From Mobula hypostoma (Eukaryota), in NCBI RefSeq assembly GCF_963921235.1, contig NC_086097.1, forward strand, positions 234,796,001-234,860,000: a stretch of 64,000 nt of DNA, in the 5' to 3' direction. The notes under the pieces were generated by a model. The model had not been told where the DNA came from, ran no database searches, and saw only the letters and a program-made list of their open reading frames with translations. Every line of letters starts with the position of its first letter. Within the stretch, counting starts at the first letter, position 1. Shown here one piece after another: positions 36,838-49,587 of the stretch. Position numbers and translations under genes: made by a program.

Positions 36838-37612
36838 CACTACGCTACAAACATCTTAGACATATGCTTCACCTATCACCTTCAAGCTAGCCTCCTTCCC
36901 CTCCACCCACCTGCTTATTCTGGCGTTTTCCCCCTTCCTTTTCAGTCCTAAGGAAGGGTCTCAGACCGAAAGGTTGATTGTTCATTCATTTCCATAGATG
37001 CGGTCTGACCTACCGAGTTCCTCCAACATTCTGTGTGTGCTGCTTTGGATTTCCAGCATCCGCAGACTCTCTCATGTTTATATATAGCTAAGGTGTCTAA
37101 AACTTCTGCACAGTACTGTAGTAATTTTATGTACTGAACTGTATGGCTGCCACAATAAAAACAAATGTCATGGCATATGCAAGTGATGATAAACCTGATT
37201 CTGATATGGGTCTCTGTTGTGGACTGAGAGTAGGGAGGGTGCAGGGAGAGGGGAATCATGATTTAGGAAAAGGGACGGGGAGAGGGCAATCATGGTTGGG
37301 AAAAGGTGAATGGAGAAAGGAGGGTGTGGGAAGCACCAGAGTGTCATTCTGTAATGACGAATAAACCAACCGTTCGGAATCAAATGACCTTGCCTCATGT
37401 CTCAGGCTGGGTGTGTCTAGATGCGCACTGCCCCCTCCAACCTGCTCCCTAGCATTCCTTTCCATCTGTCCCACAATCCTTCTTTGGCACTCCCAATATC
37501 CTTTGCTACCACCAGATTTACAAACTGGCTCTCTGCTCTACGTTGACAAATACAGTCTTAGGCACTCTAGCTGCTGTATATATAATGTGCCTAAGACTTT
37601 TCCACTGTACTG
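36838..37612. mobile_element. Composite element: two Tc1-type mini-MITEs flanking ~430 bp of cargo; left unit split by a Penelope fragment
   Basis: Left unit cactacgctacaaacatcttagacatat (degenerate) ... tatatagctaaggtgtctaaaacttctgcacagtactgTA. Right unit TAcagtcttaggcactctagct..atgtgcctaagacttttccactgtactgTA. Confidence 0.7.
36866..37078 (+). mobile_element. Penelope pseudo-LTR fragment (degenerate hammerhead)
   Basis: cagtcctaaggaagggtctcagaccgaaaggttga...ggatttccagcatccgcaga. Confidence 0.8.
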
Positions 37613-38770
37613 TATAATAAATTGCCTCACAAGTGCTGCTTGACTTGTTGAGTTCCTCCTACAGTTTGATTGTTTCGCTCATCTGCAGTCTATTGTGACT
37701 TCACCAATTAATCGGTATCACCAGAACAGTGTTTATCAGATAGGTAGAAAAAGTCGATTTTCTGTTTGTAGACCATCTCATGTAGAAAATTCCTCCTGCA
37801 CTCTCAGGCTCTCTGCTGCTTTTCTCTCCATTCATTGCCACTGTTCTCCTGACTGGTTCCCTGTACTTCCTTCTTATGGATCGATGTCTAGTTCTTCATG
37901 AATCTCATCACAATGTAATTCCCTTCAAGTGCACCTCTTTCTTGTACATCACTTTCCAATGCACTTCTCCCAAAAACATGTTCTGAATTGTTTTTGAATT
38001 CTCTGCAATGCCGGAATATCACCAAAGCACTGTTTGATTGAAAAGATGCAAAAATCTACATGCTGTCTGTGTGAAATTCTTGCAAAGGAAGCAATTTTTA
38101 AGATTACAAATAGGATGCATTAAAAGCCTTGACAACAACATTTTACTGACAAGTTTTTGGAACTTCAGAACACTGATGGTGTTAACTTCAAAACCAAAGT
38201 GATTAAATAAATAATTACCTCATTACTCTGTGCTAATATTGTGGGCAGCCAAGATGAGATGCTTGACCCATGATTGCACCAAGCTTGGAGAGAAGGTAAT
38301 GAATATACAACTGAATGGCCACAAGTTAAAGCTGTAAAAGGAAGCTTCAGGAATAGTGACAGCGATGGATTGATCGACCTGATTCCTAATCATGTCTTCT
38401 TGGGGGTTCAAATACAATTACTTTTTCTGCAATACCTCACTAGTCATCTTCAGAAATACCATGAACATCTTCACAAATTCATTTAACTGCACAGCTTACC
38501 CCATCTACACAATCTTTGATATCAGTCTGTGCTCACCCCTTTTGCTTCATTCAGGCTGATAGCCTCAATGGTTTTCCTATCCAAGAGTCTGTGCAAATGG
38601 CTTATAACTATTGTAATTGTACCTGCCTTCCCCCACCTCCTGGTAGCTCATTCCAGATATGCACCATATCTGTGTGAAAAAGCTTATCCCTCCAATTTCC
38701 TTTAAATTTTCCCCTTATCACCTTAAATCTGTGCAATAAACTCCTTTGCTCTAGCCTGTCTATCCTATGT

Positions 38771-39157
38771 CATCATCGTTATCATATGTGCTGCGTCATT
38801 TGACATTGGCGATCATGGTCTTCCATCTGCCCATGACCATGACTGTTCTTCCCAAATTTTTCTTCAGAAGTGGTTTGCTATTGCCTTCTTCTGGGCAGTG
38901 CCTTGACAAGATGGGTGAGACAGCCATTATCAATACTCTTCAGAGATTGTCTGCTGGCATCAATGTTCGCATAACTAGGACTTGTGAGATGCTCATACAA
39001 CCATCCACCACCTGTTTCCATGGCTTCCCATGACCTTGATCGGGGAGGGGGGGAGCTAAGCAGGTGCTAGATCTTACCAAGGGTGACCTGCAGGCTAATG
39101 GAGGGAAGATGCACCTTATACCTCCTTTGGTAGGGACGTATCTCCACCCTGCCACCC
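38771..39157 (-). mobile_element. RTE-dependent SINE-like element with a non-tRNA head
   Basis: 10-bp TSD tatcctatgt / tatcttatgt, a (GAT)n-like tail, and a gtggtttgctattgccttc segment of the kind seen in RTE/BovB-related SINEs. Confidence 0.65.
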
Positions 39158-39255
39158 TATCTTATGTATACCCCTCATAATTTTATAAAAGTTAATAAGG
39201 GCACTTCTCAGTCTCTGACTTACCACTGATTGAGCTGTGCCCTTATCTCTCCTCA

Positions 39256-42039
39256 TAATGATAGCCCATAATGAGACCTGGCTAAAGGATGCATGTCTCT
39301 GGGAGCTGAACGTCCAAGGATACACGGTGTATAGGAAGGATAGGAAGGTAGGCAGAGGGGGAGGCGTGGCTTTATTGGTAAGAAATGATATTAAATCATT
39401 AGAAAGAGGTGATATAGGATCAGAAGGTGCAGAATCTTTATGGGTTGAGCTAAGAAATAGCAGGGGTAAAAGGACCCTGATGGCAGTTATTTATAGGCCT
39501 CCAAACAGCTGCAGGGATGTGGACTACAAATTACAACTGGAAATAGAATTAATTGTGGGGGATTTTAACATGCGAGTAGATTGGGAAAATCAGGTCAGCA
39601 CTGGATCTCAAGAGAGAGAATTTGTAGAATGTCTGTGAGATGGCTTTTTAGAACAGCTTGTTGTTGAGCCCACTAGGGGATCAGCTGTACTGGATTGGGT
39701 ATTGTGTAATGAACCGGAGGTGATTGGAGAGATTGAGGTGAAGGAACCCTCAGGAGACAGTGATCATAACATGATTGAGTTCACTGTGAAATTAGAAAAC
39801 GAGAAGCCGAAATCTGATGTGTCGGTATTTCAGTGGAGTAAAGGAAATTACAGTGGCATGAGAGAGGAACTGGCCAAAGTTGACTGGAAAGAGACACTGG
39901 TGGGAAAGACAGCAGAGCAGCAGTGGCTGGAGTTTATGCGAGAAATGAGGAATGTGCAAGACAGGTATGTTCCAAAAAAGAAGAAATTTTCGAGTGGATA
40001 AAGGATGCAACCGTGGTTGACAAGAGAAGTCAAAGCCAAAGTTAAAGCAAAAGAGAGGGCATACAAGGAAGCAAAAATTAGTGGGAAGAGAGAGGATTGG
40101 GAAGTATTTAAAACCTTACAAAAGGAAACCAAGAAGGTCATTAAGAGAGAAAAGATTAACTATGAAAGGAAGCTAGCAAATAATATCGAAGAGGATACTA
40201 AAAGCTTTTTCAAGTATATAAAGAGTAAAAGACAGGTGACAGTAGATATAGGACCGATAGAAAATGATGCTGGAGAAATTGTAATGGGAGATGAGGAGAT
40301 GGCAGAGGAACTGAACAAGTATTTTGCATCAGTCTTCACTGAGGAAGACAGCAGTATACCGGACACTCAAGGGTGGCAGGGAAGAGAAGTGTGCGCAGTC
40401 ACAATTACGACAGAGAAAGTACTCAGGAAGCTGAATAGGCTAAAGGTAGATAAATCTCTTGGACCAGATGGAATGCACCCTCATGTTCTGAAGGAAGTAG
40501 CAGTGGAGATTGCGGAGGCATTATCGATGATCTTTCAAAAGTCGATAGATTCTGGCATGGTTCCGGAGGACTGGAAGATTGCAAATGTGACTCCGCTATT
40601 TAAGAAGGGGGCAAGGAAGCAAAAAGGAAATTATAGACCTATTAGCTTGACATCCGTGGTTGGGAAGTTGTTGGAGTCGATTATCAGGATGAGTTTACAG
40701 AGTACCTGGAGGCATATGACAAGATAGGCAGAACTCAGCATGGATTCCTTAAAGGAAAATCCTGCCTGACAAACCTATTACAATTTTTTGAGGAAATTAC
40801 CAGTAGGCTAGACAAGGGAGATGCAGTGGATGTTGTATATTTGGATTTTCAGAAGGCCTTTGACAAGGTGCCACACATGAGGCTACTTAACAAGATAAGA
40901 GCCCATGGAATTACGGGAAAGTTACATACTTGGATAGAGCGTTGGCTGATTGGCAGGAAACAGAGAGTGGGAATAAAGGGATCCTATTCTGGTTGGCTGC
41001 CAGTTACCAGTGGTGTTCCGCAGGGATCAGTGTTGGGGCCGCTTCTTTTTACATTGTACATCAACGATATAGATTATGGAATAGATGGCTTTGTGGCTAA
41101 ATTTGCTGACGATATGAAGATAGGTGGAGGGGCCGGTAGTGCTGAGGAAACGGAGAGTCTGCAGAGAGACTTGGATAGATTGGAAGAATGGGCAAAGAAG
41201 TGGCAAATGAAATACAATGTTGGAAAGTGTATGGTTATGCACTTTGGCAGAAAAAATAAACGGGCAGACTATTATTTAAATGGGGAAAGAATTCAAAGTT
41301 CTGAGCTGCAATGGGACTTGGGAGTCCTCGTACAGGATTCCCTTAAAGTTAACCTCCAGGTTGAGTCAGTAGTGAAGAAGGCGAATGCAATGTTGGCATT
41401 CATTTCTAGAGGAATAGAGTATAAGAGCAGGGATGTGATGTTGAGGCTCTATAAGGCGCTGGTGAGACCTCACTTGGAGTACTGTGGGCAGTTTTGGTCT
41501 CCTTATTTAAGAAAGGATGTGCTGCCGTTGGAGAGGGTACAGAGAAGATTCACTAGAATGACTCCGGGAATGAGAGGGTTAACATATGAGGAACGTTTGT
41601 CCACTCTTGGACTGTATTCCTTGGAGTTGAGAAGAATGAGGGGAGACCTCATAGAAACATTTTGAATGTTAAAAGGCATGGACAGAGTGGATGTGGCAAA
41701 GTTGTTTCACATGATGGGGGAGTCTAGTACGAGAGGGCATGACTTAAGGATTGAAGGGCGCCCTTTCAGAACAGAAATGCAAAGAAATTTTTTTAGTCAG
41801 AGGGTGGTGAATCTATGGAATTTGTTGCCACGGGCAGCAGTGGAGGCCAAGTCATTGGGTGTATTTAAAGCAGAGATTGATAGGTATCTGAGTAGCCAGG
41901 GCATCAAAAGTTATGGTGAGAAGGCAGGGGAGTGGGACTAAATAAGAGAAAATGGATCAGCTCATGATAAAATGGCGGAGCAGGCGCGATGGGCCGAATG
42001 GCCGACTTCTGCTCCTTTGTCTTATGGTCTTATGGTCTT
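39256..42039 (+). mobile_element. CR1 family B, most of ORF2 (disrupted) and tail
   Basis: ORF pieces 39237-39638, 39702-40001, 40005-40727, 40826-41665 and 41666-41941 (ETWL, GDFN, SDH, KFADD). Tail tcttatggtcttatggtct. Confidence 0.95.
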
Positions 42040-43155
42040 CATTCCAGACAAAGGCTCGGTTGTCATCTTATGCACTCTGTCTGTTGCTACCACAACCTTT
42101 CTGTAGTGTGGTGATCAGAACTGTGCACAAAACCCCAAGTGTGGACCAACTGTTTTGTACAGCTGCCACATATTATCCAAAAAGTAAATGTGACTGGTAT
42201 GAGAAGGTGAATGCTGAAATACTTATTCTTTCTACAGTATTGGTTTTATAGTTTTGTTAAGACATTAACAACTCATGAGGTATCAAGTGAGTTTCACTTA
42301 ATGCTTTAGCTGAGAACTTTGAAATAAGTCATTATTCTTAGACAGCAAACGCATTTTCCAATTGCCTATGGATTTCCAGGAAGCTATTCTATTAAGTACT
42401 TAGAACTTAAGGGTAAGAGTTTTGCTATGGATCTCTGGGCTATGGGAAATGAATGGAGTTCAGGAAGGGAAAATGCTGAGAGCATGACCAATGCCCGACA
42501 GAAGACAAGAGGCATTACATGACCAGCTTCTCAGTAGTTCCAGAAACTATCGATTGAACTCCTGTACCACTCAAAGCTCACCATGGAAACCTGCTGCTGC
42601 TTCTGAGCGTGAAGGGCTTTCATTTATCTGTGTGCCAAAGACTGAGTGATCGCCAAAAATTGCAGACTTAAAGGGATCTGTACGTAAAGTCATTTCTCTA
42701 TCTGCCTGAATACTGAGTTTTCTCCAAGAAGATCAGCTACACCTGATCTCAATGACTCTGGACAAATTCTGTCTTTAACCCTGTGGCTGTGGCCAAGACA
42801 ACACTGTAACATATGATATACAAACAGGGCCGCTGAGATCCTGATAGCTCCCTTCCCTATCGAAGGCCTTGGCAAGGCATTAGAAGCTTGTTGCAGTTTT
42901 GACACATTGATGTATCTGTTGTGGACTGTTTCCATTTAATCTAAGAGTACTGATTACCAGTTTTGCGAAGGATTTCTGCGGATTGCTCCAACATTCCTTA
43001 AACTAGTTGTTTGGGACCCAAGAATCTTCTAATGCTTCTTGCCTACCCTTTTCCCCCTCTGATCTTTTTTTTTCTGACATTTCCCTTTTGCCTCTCTCTC
43101 TCAACCCTGTGAAACTGATACCAGCCGATACACCACAGGGTTATACAATCTAGAG

Positions 43156-43228
43156 CAGGGGTTCCCAAACTTTTTTATGCCATGGACCATTAACCGGGGG
43201 TCAGTGGACCCCAGATTGGGATCCCCTG
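43156..43228. mobile_element. hAT (Charlie-type) MITE, 73 bp
   Basis: TIRs CAGGGGTTCCCAA / TTGGGATCCCCTG with a perfect 8-bp TSD ATCTAGAG. Confidence 0.92.
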
Positions 43229-43341
43229 ATCTAGAGAAAAACCCTTTGCTTCAGAATCTGTGCTAATCAGCAAGCACCCACCTACACTGTGTGTGGCAAC
43301 ACTTGTAGGCTACCCCCAGCACTCCCTTAGGTGTGTTGATT

Positions 43342-43805
43342 ATAGTCATAGTCATACTTTATTGATCCCGGGGGAAATTGGTTTCCGTTATAGTTGCACC
43401 ATAAGTAATTAAATAGTAATAAAACCATAAATAGTTCAACAGTAATATGTAAATTATGCCAGGAAATAAGTCCAGGACCAGCCTATTGGCTCAGGGTGTC
43501 TGACCCTCCAAGGGAGGAGCTGTAAAGTTTGATGGCCACAGGCAGGAATGACTTCCTATGACGCTCTGTGTTGTATCTCGGTGGAGTGAGTCTCTGGCTG
43601 AATGTGCTCCTGTGACCAACCAGTACATTATGTAGTGGATGGGAGACATTGTCCAAGATGGCATGCAACTTGGACAGCATCCTCCTTTCAGACACCACTG
43701 TCAGAGAGTCCAGTTCCATCCCCACAACATCACTGGCCATACAAATGAATTTGTTGATTCTGTTGGCGTCTGCTACCCTCAGCCTGCTGCCCCAGCACAC
43801 AACAA
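43342..43805 (-). mobile_element. Rex1/Babar LINE 3' fragment
   Basis: ORF 43483-43836 VVCWGSRLR..DANRINK.I..A...ILDNVSHPLH...RSTFSQRL...TERHRKSFLPVAIKLY. Tail (atgact)n. Confidence 0.85.
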
Positions 43806-44200
43806 TGCCAACGATGCATTTCACTGCATGTCTCAATGTGTATGTGGTAATTAAACCGGAATCTTGAATCTTGAATCATTAATTCCACTAATCCAGTTTT
43901 AATCTTCCCATAATCCCACCATCTACCTCCATCCGCAAACACACATACGCGCTTGTTACCTCTCTACAAATAGAGACATCAGAAAATCTTTTTCTCTGAA
44001 GTTTAATGAAAGCAGATATTCTCACAGCATAATGTTCTGAATGCATCTAGACAAGAACTTCATCTGAGCTCTTATGGCGGTTGGCAAACAGCTTAGGGTG
44101 TGTTACTGCCACTTCCTGAACAGGAGCATGGGTCAGGATATCTAAATCCTATATTTGTATCAAATTCTATAAAACAGAAACTGAACTGAACTATGCATTT

Positions 44201-44419
44201 CAAAGTTGCTGGTGAACGCAGCGGCCAGGCAGCATCTCTAGGAAGAGGTACAGTAGATGTTTCAGGCCGAGACCCTTTGTCAGGTCCTAACGAAGTGTCT
44301 CGGCCTGAAACGTCGACTGTACCTCTTCCTAGAGATGCTGCCTGGCCTGCTGCATTCACCAGCAACTTTGATGTACGTTGCTTGAATTTCCAGCATCTGC
44401 AGAATTCCTGTTGGTTGTG
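44201..44419. mobile_element. Palindromic Penelope mini-insertion (inverted pseudo-LTR arms)
   Basis: ~85-bp arms centred at ~44284. 14-bp TSD tgaactatgcattt / tgaactatgtattt. Confidence 0.9.
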
Positions 44420-45597
44420 TGAACTATGTATTTAAAGCAATGATCCTGTGAAATTTTCTGCAAAATATTGTTAATGTTAAATTGTACTTTATTCAACTAC
44501 CCTTCTCTTGGTTATATCTTAGACTTCTCACCAGTACGTGCTCAGCAGTTTCTTGATGATGACAATACTCACACCTCCCATTGCTGTATTTTGATCTACC
44601 AAGGCATAGAAGGCTATGAACCAAGTGCTGTTAACTGAGAGCAGTATAATTCATGTGATGGCCAGTGTGGGCAGGCTTGGCCAAGTGACCTGTTTCTGTG
44701 CTCCATCAGTCTATAGCTCCATGACACATTACACACTTGATTTGCAACCTTCTTCAAAATGATTTGTAGCAACCAGCTAGCTGGCAATAACTCCAGACAT
44801 AAAGGAATTGGTATGCTCTAATGCATGAAGAATAATTGGATTTTTACTGAGATTCTAATCCATAATTCTGCTTAACAACCTCTCTGGCCCTAAAAATCAG
44901 TTCAATTTGTATGCATTGTCATTTCCAAAGAGAATAATTTCAGAATACTATGCATTTTTATAATAATCATCATCATCAAGATTTTGTGTCCCATTTTTAA
45001 AAATTCACGGCTGACCATAAAAATCCAGGGTACAAAATATATACTCTATGGCAAAGTGTCAACTCATTTTGTGTAAAGTTACATGCTAAGACAAGGAATA
45101 GAGATTAGTCTGATGTTTATAGTATTAATGATATGAAATATTCAATTCAAGTAAATGTTATTACAGTTTATGAGATAAGATTTACTATAAAAATGATTTG
45201 TTTTACTGTGCTTTAGCTTCAGGTAAGAAAATGGAAACTGTCTCATATCATATTTGTCTGGACTGATTATGGTAAATACTGAAAAAAGTATGTTTGCATT
45301 TTTGAATCTCTGTTTATTTTCTGATCCTTGGGTTCTTTTGGGAGTTAGGAATGATGAGCAGTCTTAATTCCAAGATTTCAATTTACTTTAGAGTCAAACA
45401 AACATACAAATAAAGAACAAACTAAATAGACAGCTGAGAAACGGTGCTAAGAGGGGAACCAATGCTAAGGAATAAAGGCAAAAGAATAAAGATGGCAGTT
45501 CTGAAAAATCTATCACTTTTATAGAAGAGAAATTCCTTAGATAGAGATAAATTAGTTAATAGGGTACATAGTAAAAACAATTACATCACATGGGTAA

Positions 45598-45716
45598 AAT
45601 ACACAAAATGCTCTTTATTTATTTCCATAGATGCTGCCTGGACTGCTGAGTTCTTCCAGCATTTTGTGTGTTTTGCCTTGGATTTTCAGCATCTACAGAT
45701 TTTCTCTTGTTTGTGG
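45598..45716 (+). mobile_element. Penelope mini-insertion with a short inverted 5' piece
   Basis: aatacacaaaatgct (inverted) + catagatgctgcctgg...cagcatctacaga. 14-bp TSD catcacatgggtaa / catcacgtgggtaa. Confidence 0.8.
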
Positions 45717-46349
45717 CATCACGTGGGTAATGTGCTAATACTTAGCCGATGAAAAATGAGAAAGGTGATAAATTGATACCGCTTTCTACCAGTGAGTGTG
45801 AAAAATACGTGAGTGGGTTAAAAGTACAAATCTTACAAAAAAAGGTATTATTAAAACAAAACAGTGATTTCCAACAGCATGTTACAAAATAATACTTCAA
45901 ATGTATTGGTTATGGATTTTGAAAAAGAACTCAGGCCCTTCTTATTAATTGTGTTATCAATTAATAAGAAATGAATAAAGTATTTCAAGTTAAGGTAGAT
46001 AGGTCTCAATTAATGCTGCGTCTCATCAGTGAATTGCTTTCCAGTAACACACCCATGTACCTCCAGACTAGACCCTCTCTATCTGTAGATCTCTCTGTCT
46101 AACTCTGTAGGTAGCATTCAACTTTGGCAAAGATCCTTACATGCTGTGTCATTGCCGATTAACTAGATGCTGACAACTTCCACTCATTCCACAATCACAC
46201 TTTATGCACACGAACATCAAGGCCCCTGTTAAAACACGGCTCTGAGGTTTGAACAAAGAAATGACTTTTTATACAGAAGTTGACCTGTAGTATACAAATA
46301 TTGATCCAATAGAAATTTTGTGCACTTCTGAATCTTTTGTATAGTTGTA

Positions 46350-48080
46350 CAGTGGTCCTAGAAAGTTTGTGAACCCTGTAGGATTTTCTCTATTTCTGCA
46401 TAAATGTGACCTAAAATATGAACAGATCTTCATGTAAGTCATAAAACTAGATAAAGAGAAGCCAATTAAATAAATAACCCAAAAACATTATACTTGTTCA
46501 TTCATTTATTGAGAAAAACTGTCCAATTATACGTGCATTTGTTGGAAAAAGTATATGAACCTTTGCTTTCAGTAACTGGTGTGACCCCCTTGTACAGCAA
46601 TAACTTCAACCAGATGCTTCCAGTAACTGTTGATCAGTCCTGCACATCAGCTAGGAGGAATTTTAAGCCATTCCTCCTTACAAAATATTTCAACTCTGGG
46701 ATGTTGGTGGGCTTCCTTGTATAAATTGCCTGCTTCAGGTCCTTCCACAACAACTCTATAGCATTAAGGTTAGGACTTTGACTCGGCTATTCCAAAGCAC
46801 AATTTTTTTTTAAACCATTTTGTTGTTGATTGTCTTTTGTCTTGCAGGTCATTGTCTTGTTGTATTATCCAACTTCTATTGAGCTGCAGATGATGGACTG
46901 CTACCCTGGCGTTCTCCTATAAAATATCTTGATACAATTTTGAATTAATTGTGTCCTCAATGACTGCAAGCTGTCCAGACCCTGAGGGAGCAAAGCAGTC
47001 CCAAAACATGATGTTCCTTCCACCATGCTTTACAGTTGGGATGAAGTTTTGGTGTAGATGTGCACTTATGAATGTTTTTCCTCCAAACATAGCAATGTGC
47101 ATTTATGCTAAAAAGTTCAACTTTTGTCTTATCTGTCCAGAAACCATTGTCCCAGAAGCATTATAGGACATCCAGGTGGTCTTTTACAAACTTGAGACGT
47201 GCAGCAATGTTTTCATTTGAAGAGCAGTGGTATCTTCTGATCTTCTGTGGTGTCCTTCTTTGAACACCCTTCTTGTTCTTCTTATAGTGGACACATGAAC
47301 AGAGACTTAGAAAGTTCAAGAGGTTTATGCAGGCCTCTTGCTGTCCTGCCAAAGGATTTCACCCCAAAATGTTGACTGTACTCTTCCTAGATCCTGCCTG
47401 GCCTGCAGAGTTCCTCCAGCAGTTTGGGTGTGTTGCTCGGATTTTCAGCACCTGCAGATTTCCTTTTGTTTGTGATTAGGTCTCTTTTGCTGCTACCCTT
47501 GGGTTCTTTTTCACCTCCTTCAGCATTCCACATTGTGCTTTTGGTGTGATCTTTGCAGGATGCCCACTCCTAGGGAGAGTAGCAACAGTACTGAGTTTCC
47601 TTCATTTGTAGACGATTTCTCTTACTGTGGATAGATGAACACTCAGGTCTTTCAAATTACTTTTGTATCCTTTTTCAGCTTCATGCAGCTCTACAATTTT
47701 TCTTCTAAGATCTTCTGACCATTGCTTTGATTGAAGCATGGTGCATATAAACAAATCTTTCTTGAGAAGAGAAGGCTTTGTCAGTGACCTGACCTTATGT
47801 GTCTTTTTTTACAGGGCAGGTCAGCTCTACAACCCACACCTCCAATCTCATCTCATTGATTGGAACACCTGACTCCAAATAATTTTTGTAGAAGGCATCA
47901 CCCCAGAGGCGCACATACTTTTTCCATGTAATATTGGATCATTGTTCACAATAAATAAATGAACAAGTATAATTTTTCTGTGTTATTTATTTAACTGGGT
48001 TCTCTACATCTAGTTTTAGGACTTACATGAAGATCTGATCACATTTTTGGTCATATTTATGCAGAAATAGAGAAAATTCT
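46350..48080 (-). mobile_element. Tc1-family DNA transposon with long (~210 bp) TIRs and a degraded transposase
   Basis: TA|CAGTGGTCCTAGAAAGTTTGTGAACCC start; inverted copy at ~47905-48080 lacking the outer tip. Minus-strand PTVKHGGRNIMFW.CF...G.L..IE.TINS.LYQDIL and a PSQSP.LN motif. Confidence 0.9.
47343..47477 (+). mobile_element. Penelope pseudo-LTR fragment nested in Tc1
   Basis: gtcctgccaaagg..ccccaaaatgttgactgtactcttccta... with an imperfect TSD aggcctcttgct / aggtctcttttgct. Confidence 0.75.
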
Positions 48081-48550
48081 CCATATAACTATGTAACAAT
48101 TACAGCACGGAAACAGGCCATCTCAGCCCTTCTAGTCTGTGGGGCAAGAGGGAGAGGTGTTGCATTGCTTGTCAGAGATTATATAACAGCTGTGCTCTGG
48201 CAGGATAGAAGAGTGGACTCATCTAGGGAGGCTATTTTGGTGGAATTGAGGAATAGGAGAGGTGTTGTGATGCTTATAGGGGTATATTATAGGACCCCTA
48301 ATGGGGACCGAGAACTGGAGGAGTAAACTTGTAAGGAGATAGCAGATATTTGTAGTAAGCACAAGGTTGTGATCGTGGGAGATTTTAATTTTCCACACAT
48401 AGACTGGGAAGCCCATTCTGTAAAAGGGCTGGATGGTTTGGAGTTTGTACAATGTGTGCAGGATAGTTTTTTAAAGCAATACATATATACAAAAATTATA
48501 TATGTATAATTTTCTGGCACAATTATATAACATATACTTCAGGTGTTAAT

Positions 48551-48788
48551 TGTAGTGCATTTAACATTTCAGTAATATTTGAGTAATATTATAAATATAT
48601 TGTTTAATTAGGCATTCTATGTTTATTTACATAATTTATTATGAGTTTTATGTAAAAGTATGTGAATGGCATACATTATTATGTCACCATGTCATATGTA
48701 AGCACCTCATTAAAAGTAAAATTAAGAGAGCATGAGTATCCCTGGGATGCTATATCTTTTCTTCAATAAGTTTTTGGAGTTACAAACA
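48551..48788 (+). mobile_element. Solo LTR of the same Gypsy-like family as 3643-12203
   Basis: TGTAGTG...TACAAACA with a perfect 5-bp TSD TTAAT. Reverse-complement homology to 3643-3893. Confidence 0.88.
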
Positions 48789-49179
48789 TTAATAACCAAT
48801 TAAATCTGTGCATTAAAAGCCAGTAATACTTGAAAATTAGTAAAATAACTGTTCAACCATAAGTATTGGCCTAGAATCCTTTATTTGTATCTTTACCTTA
48901 TATGCTCGATGACCTTGGTTCCCAGGTTTGAACAGTAAGGCTGTACATGAGTTCGGCATTTAAGGGTCATGTTCAACCTCAGTGACTACACTATGTCTTC
49001 ACACGGTCTCTGTCAGCTTGTCATCTTGACTGTTGCCTTAATGAAGTTTCACACATAGGAAGGCCTTATCTCTGTTCTGTTGGCACATATTTTACCCCTT
49101 GCTTTGTTGCAATATCCACAAGTGCATCCGCCCATCAGTTGATTCAATTGGTATCAATGAAAACGGGAAATTAACTGGT

Positions 49180-49530
49180 CTGTGGCTAAAGTGGATGTGG
49201 AGAGGATGTTTCTTATGGTGGGAGAGTCTAAGACCATAGGACACAACGTCAGAATAGAGGGACATCCTTTTAGAACGGAGATGAAGAGGAATTTCTTTAG
49301 CCAGAGAGTGGTGGAACTGTGGAATTTGTTGTCATAGGCAGCTGTGGAGGCCAAGTCATTTGGTATATTTAAGGCAGATGTAGATAGATGCTTGATTAGT
49401 CAGGGCATGAAGGGATATGGGGGGGGGGGAAGGCAGAAGATTGGGTCTAACAGGAAAAATGGATCAGCCATGATGAAATGGCAGATGGGACAAATGGTCT
49501 AATTCTGCTCCTATGGCTTATGCTCTCATG
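49180..49530 (+). mobile_element. CR1 3' fragment
   Basis: VDVERMF.MVGESKT.GH...RNFFSQRVV.LWN and a degenerate tail. Confidence 0.85.
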
Positions 49531-49587
49531 TCTAATGTTACAGTTTTCATAACTGATCTTTCTTAATCCCTATGCTTACCTTCATTA

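Noticed and set aside
42440..43010. Possible processed pseudogene or coding exon
   Set aside because: Only short frames with no recognisable protein similarity, no poly(A) or TSD, and no convincing splice sites.
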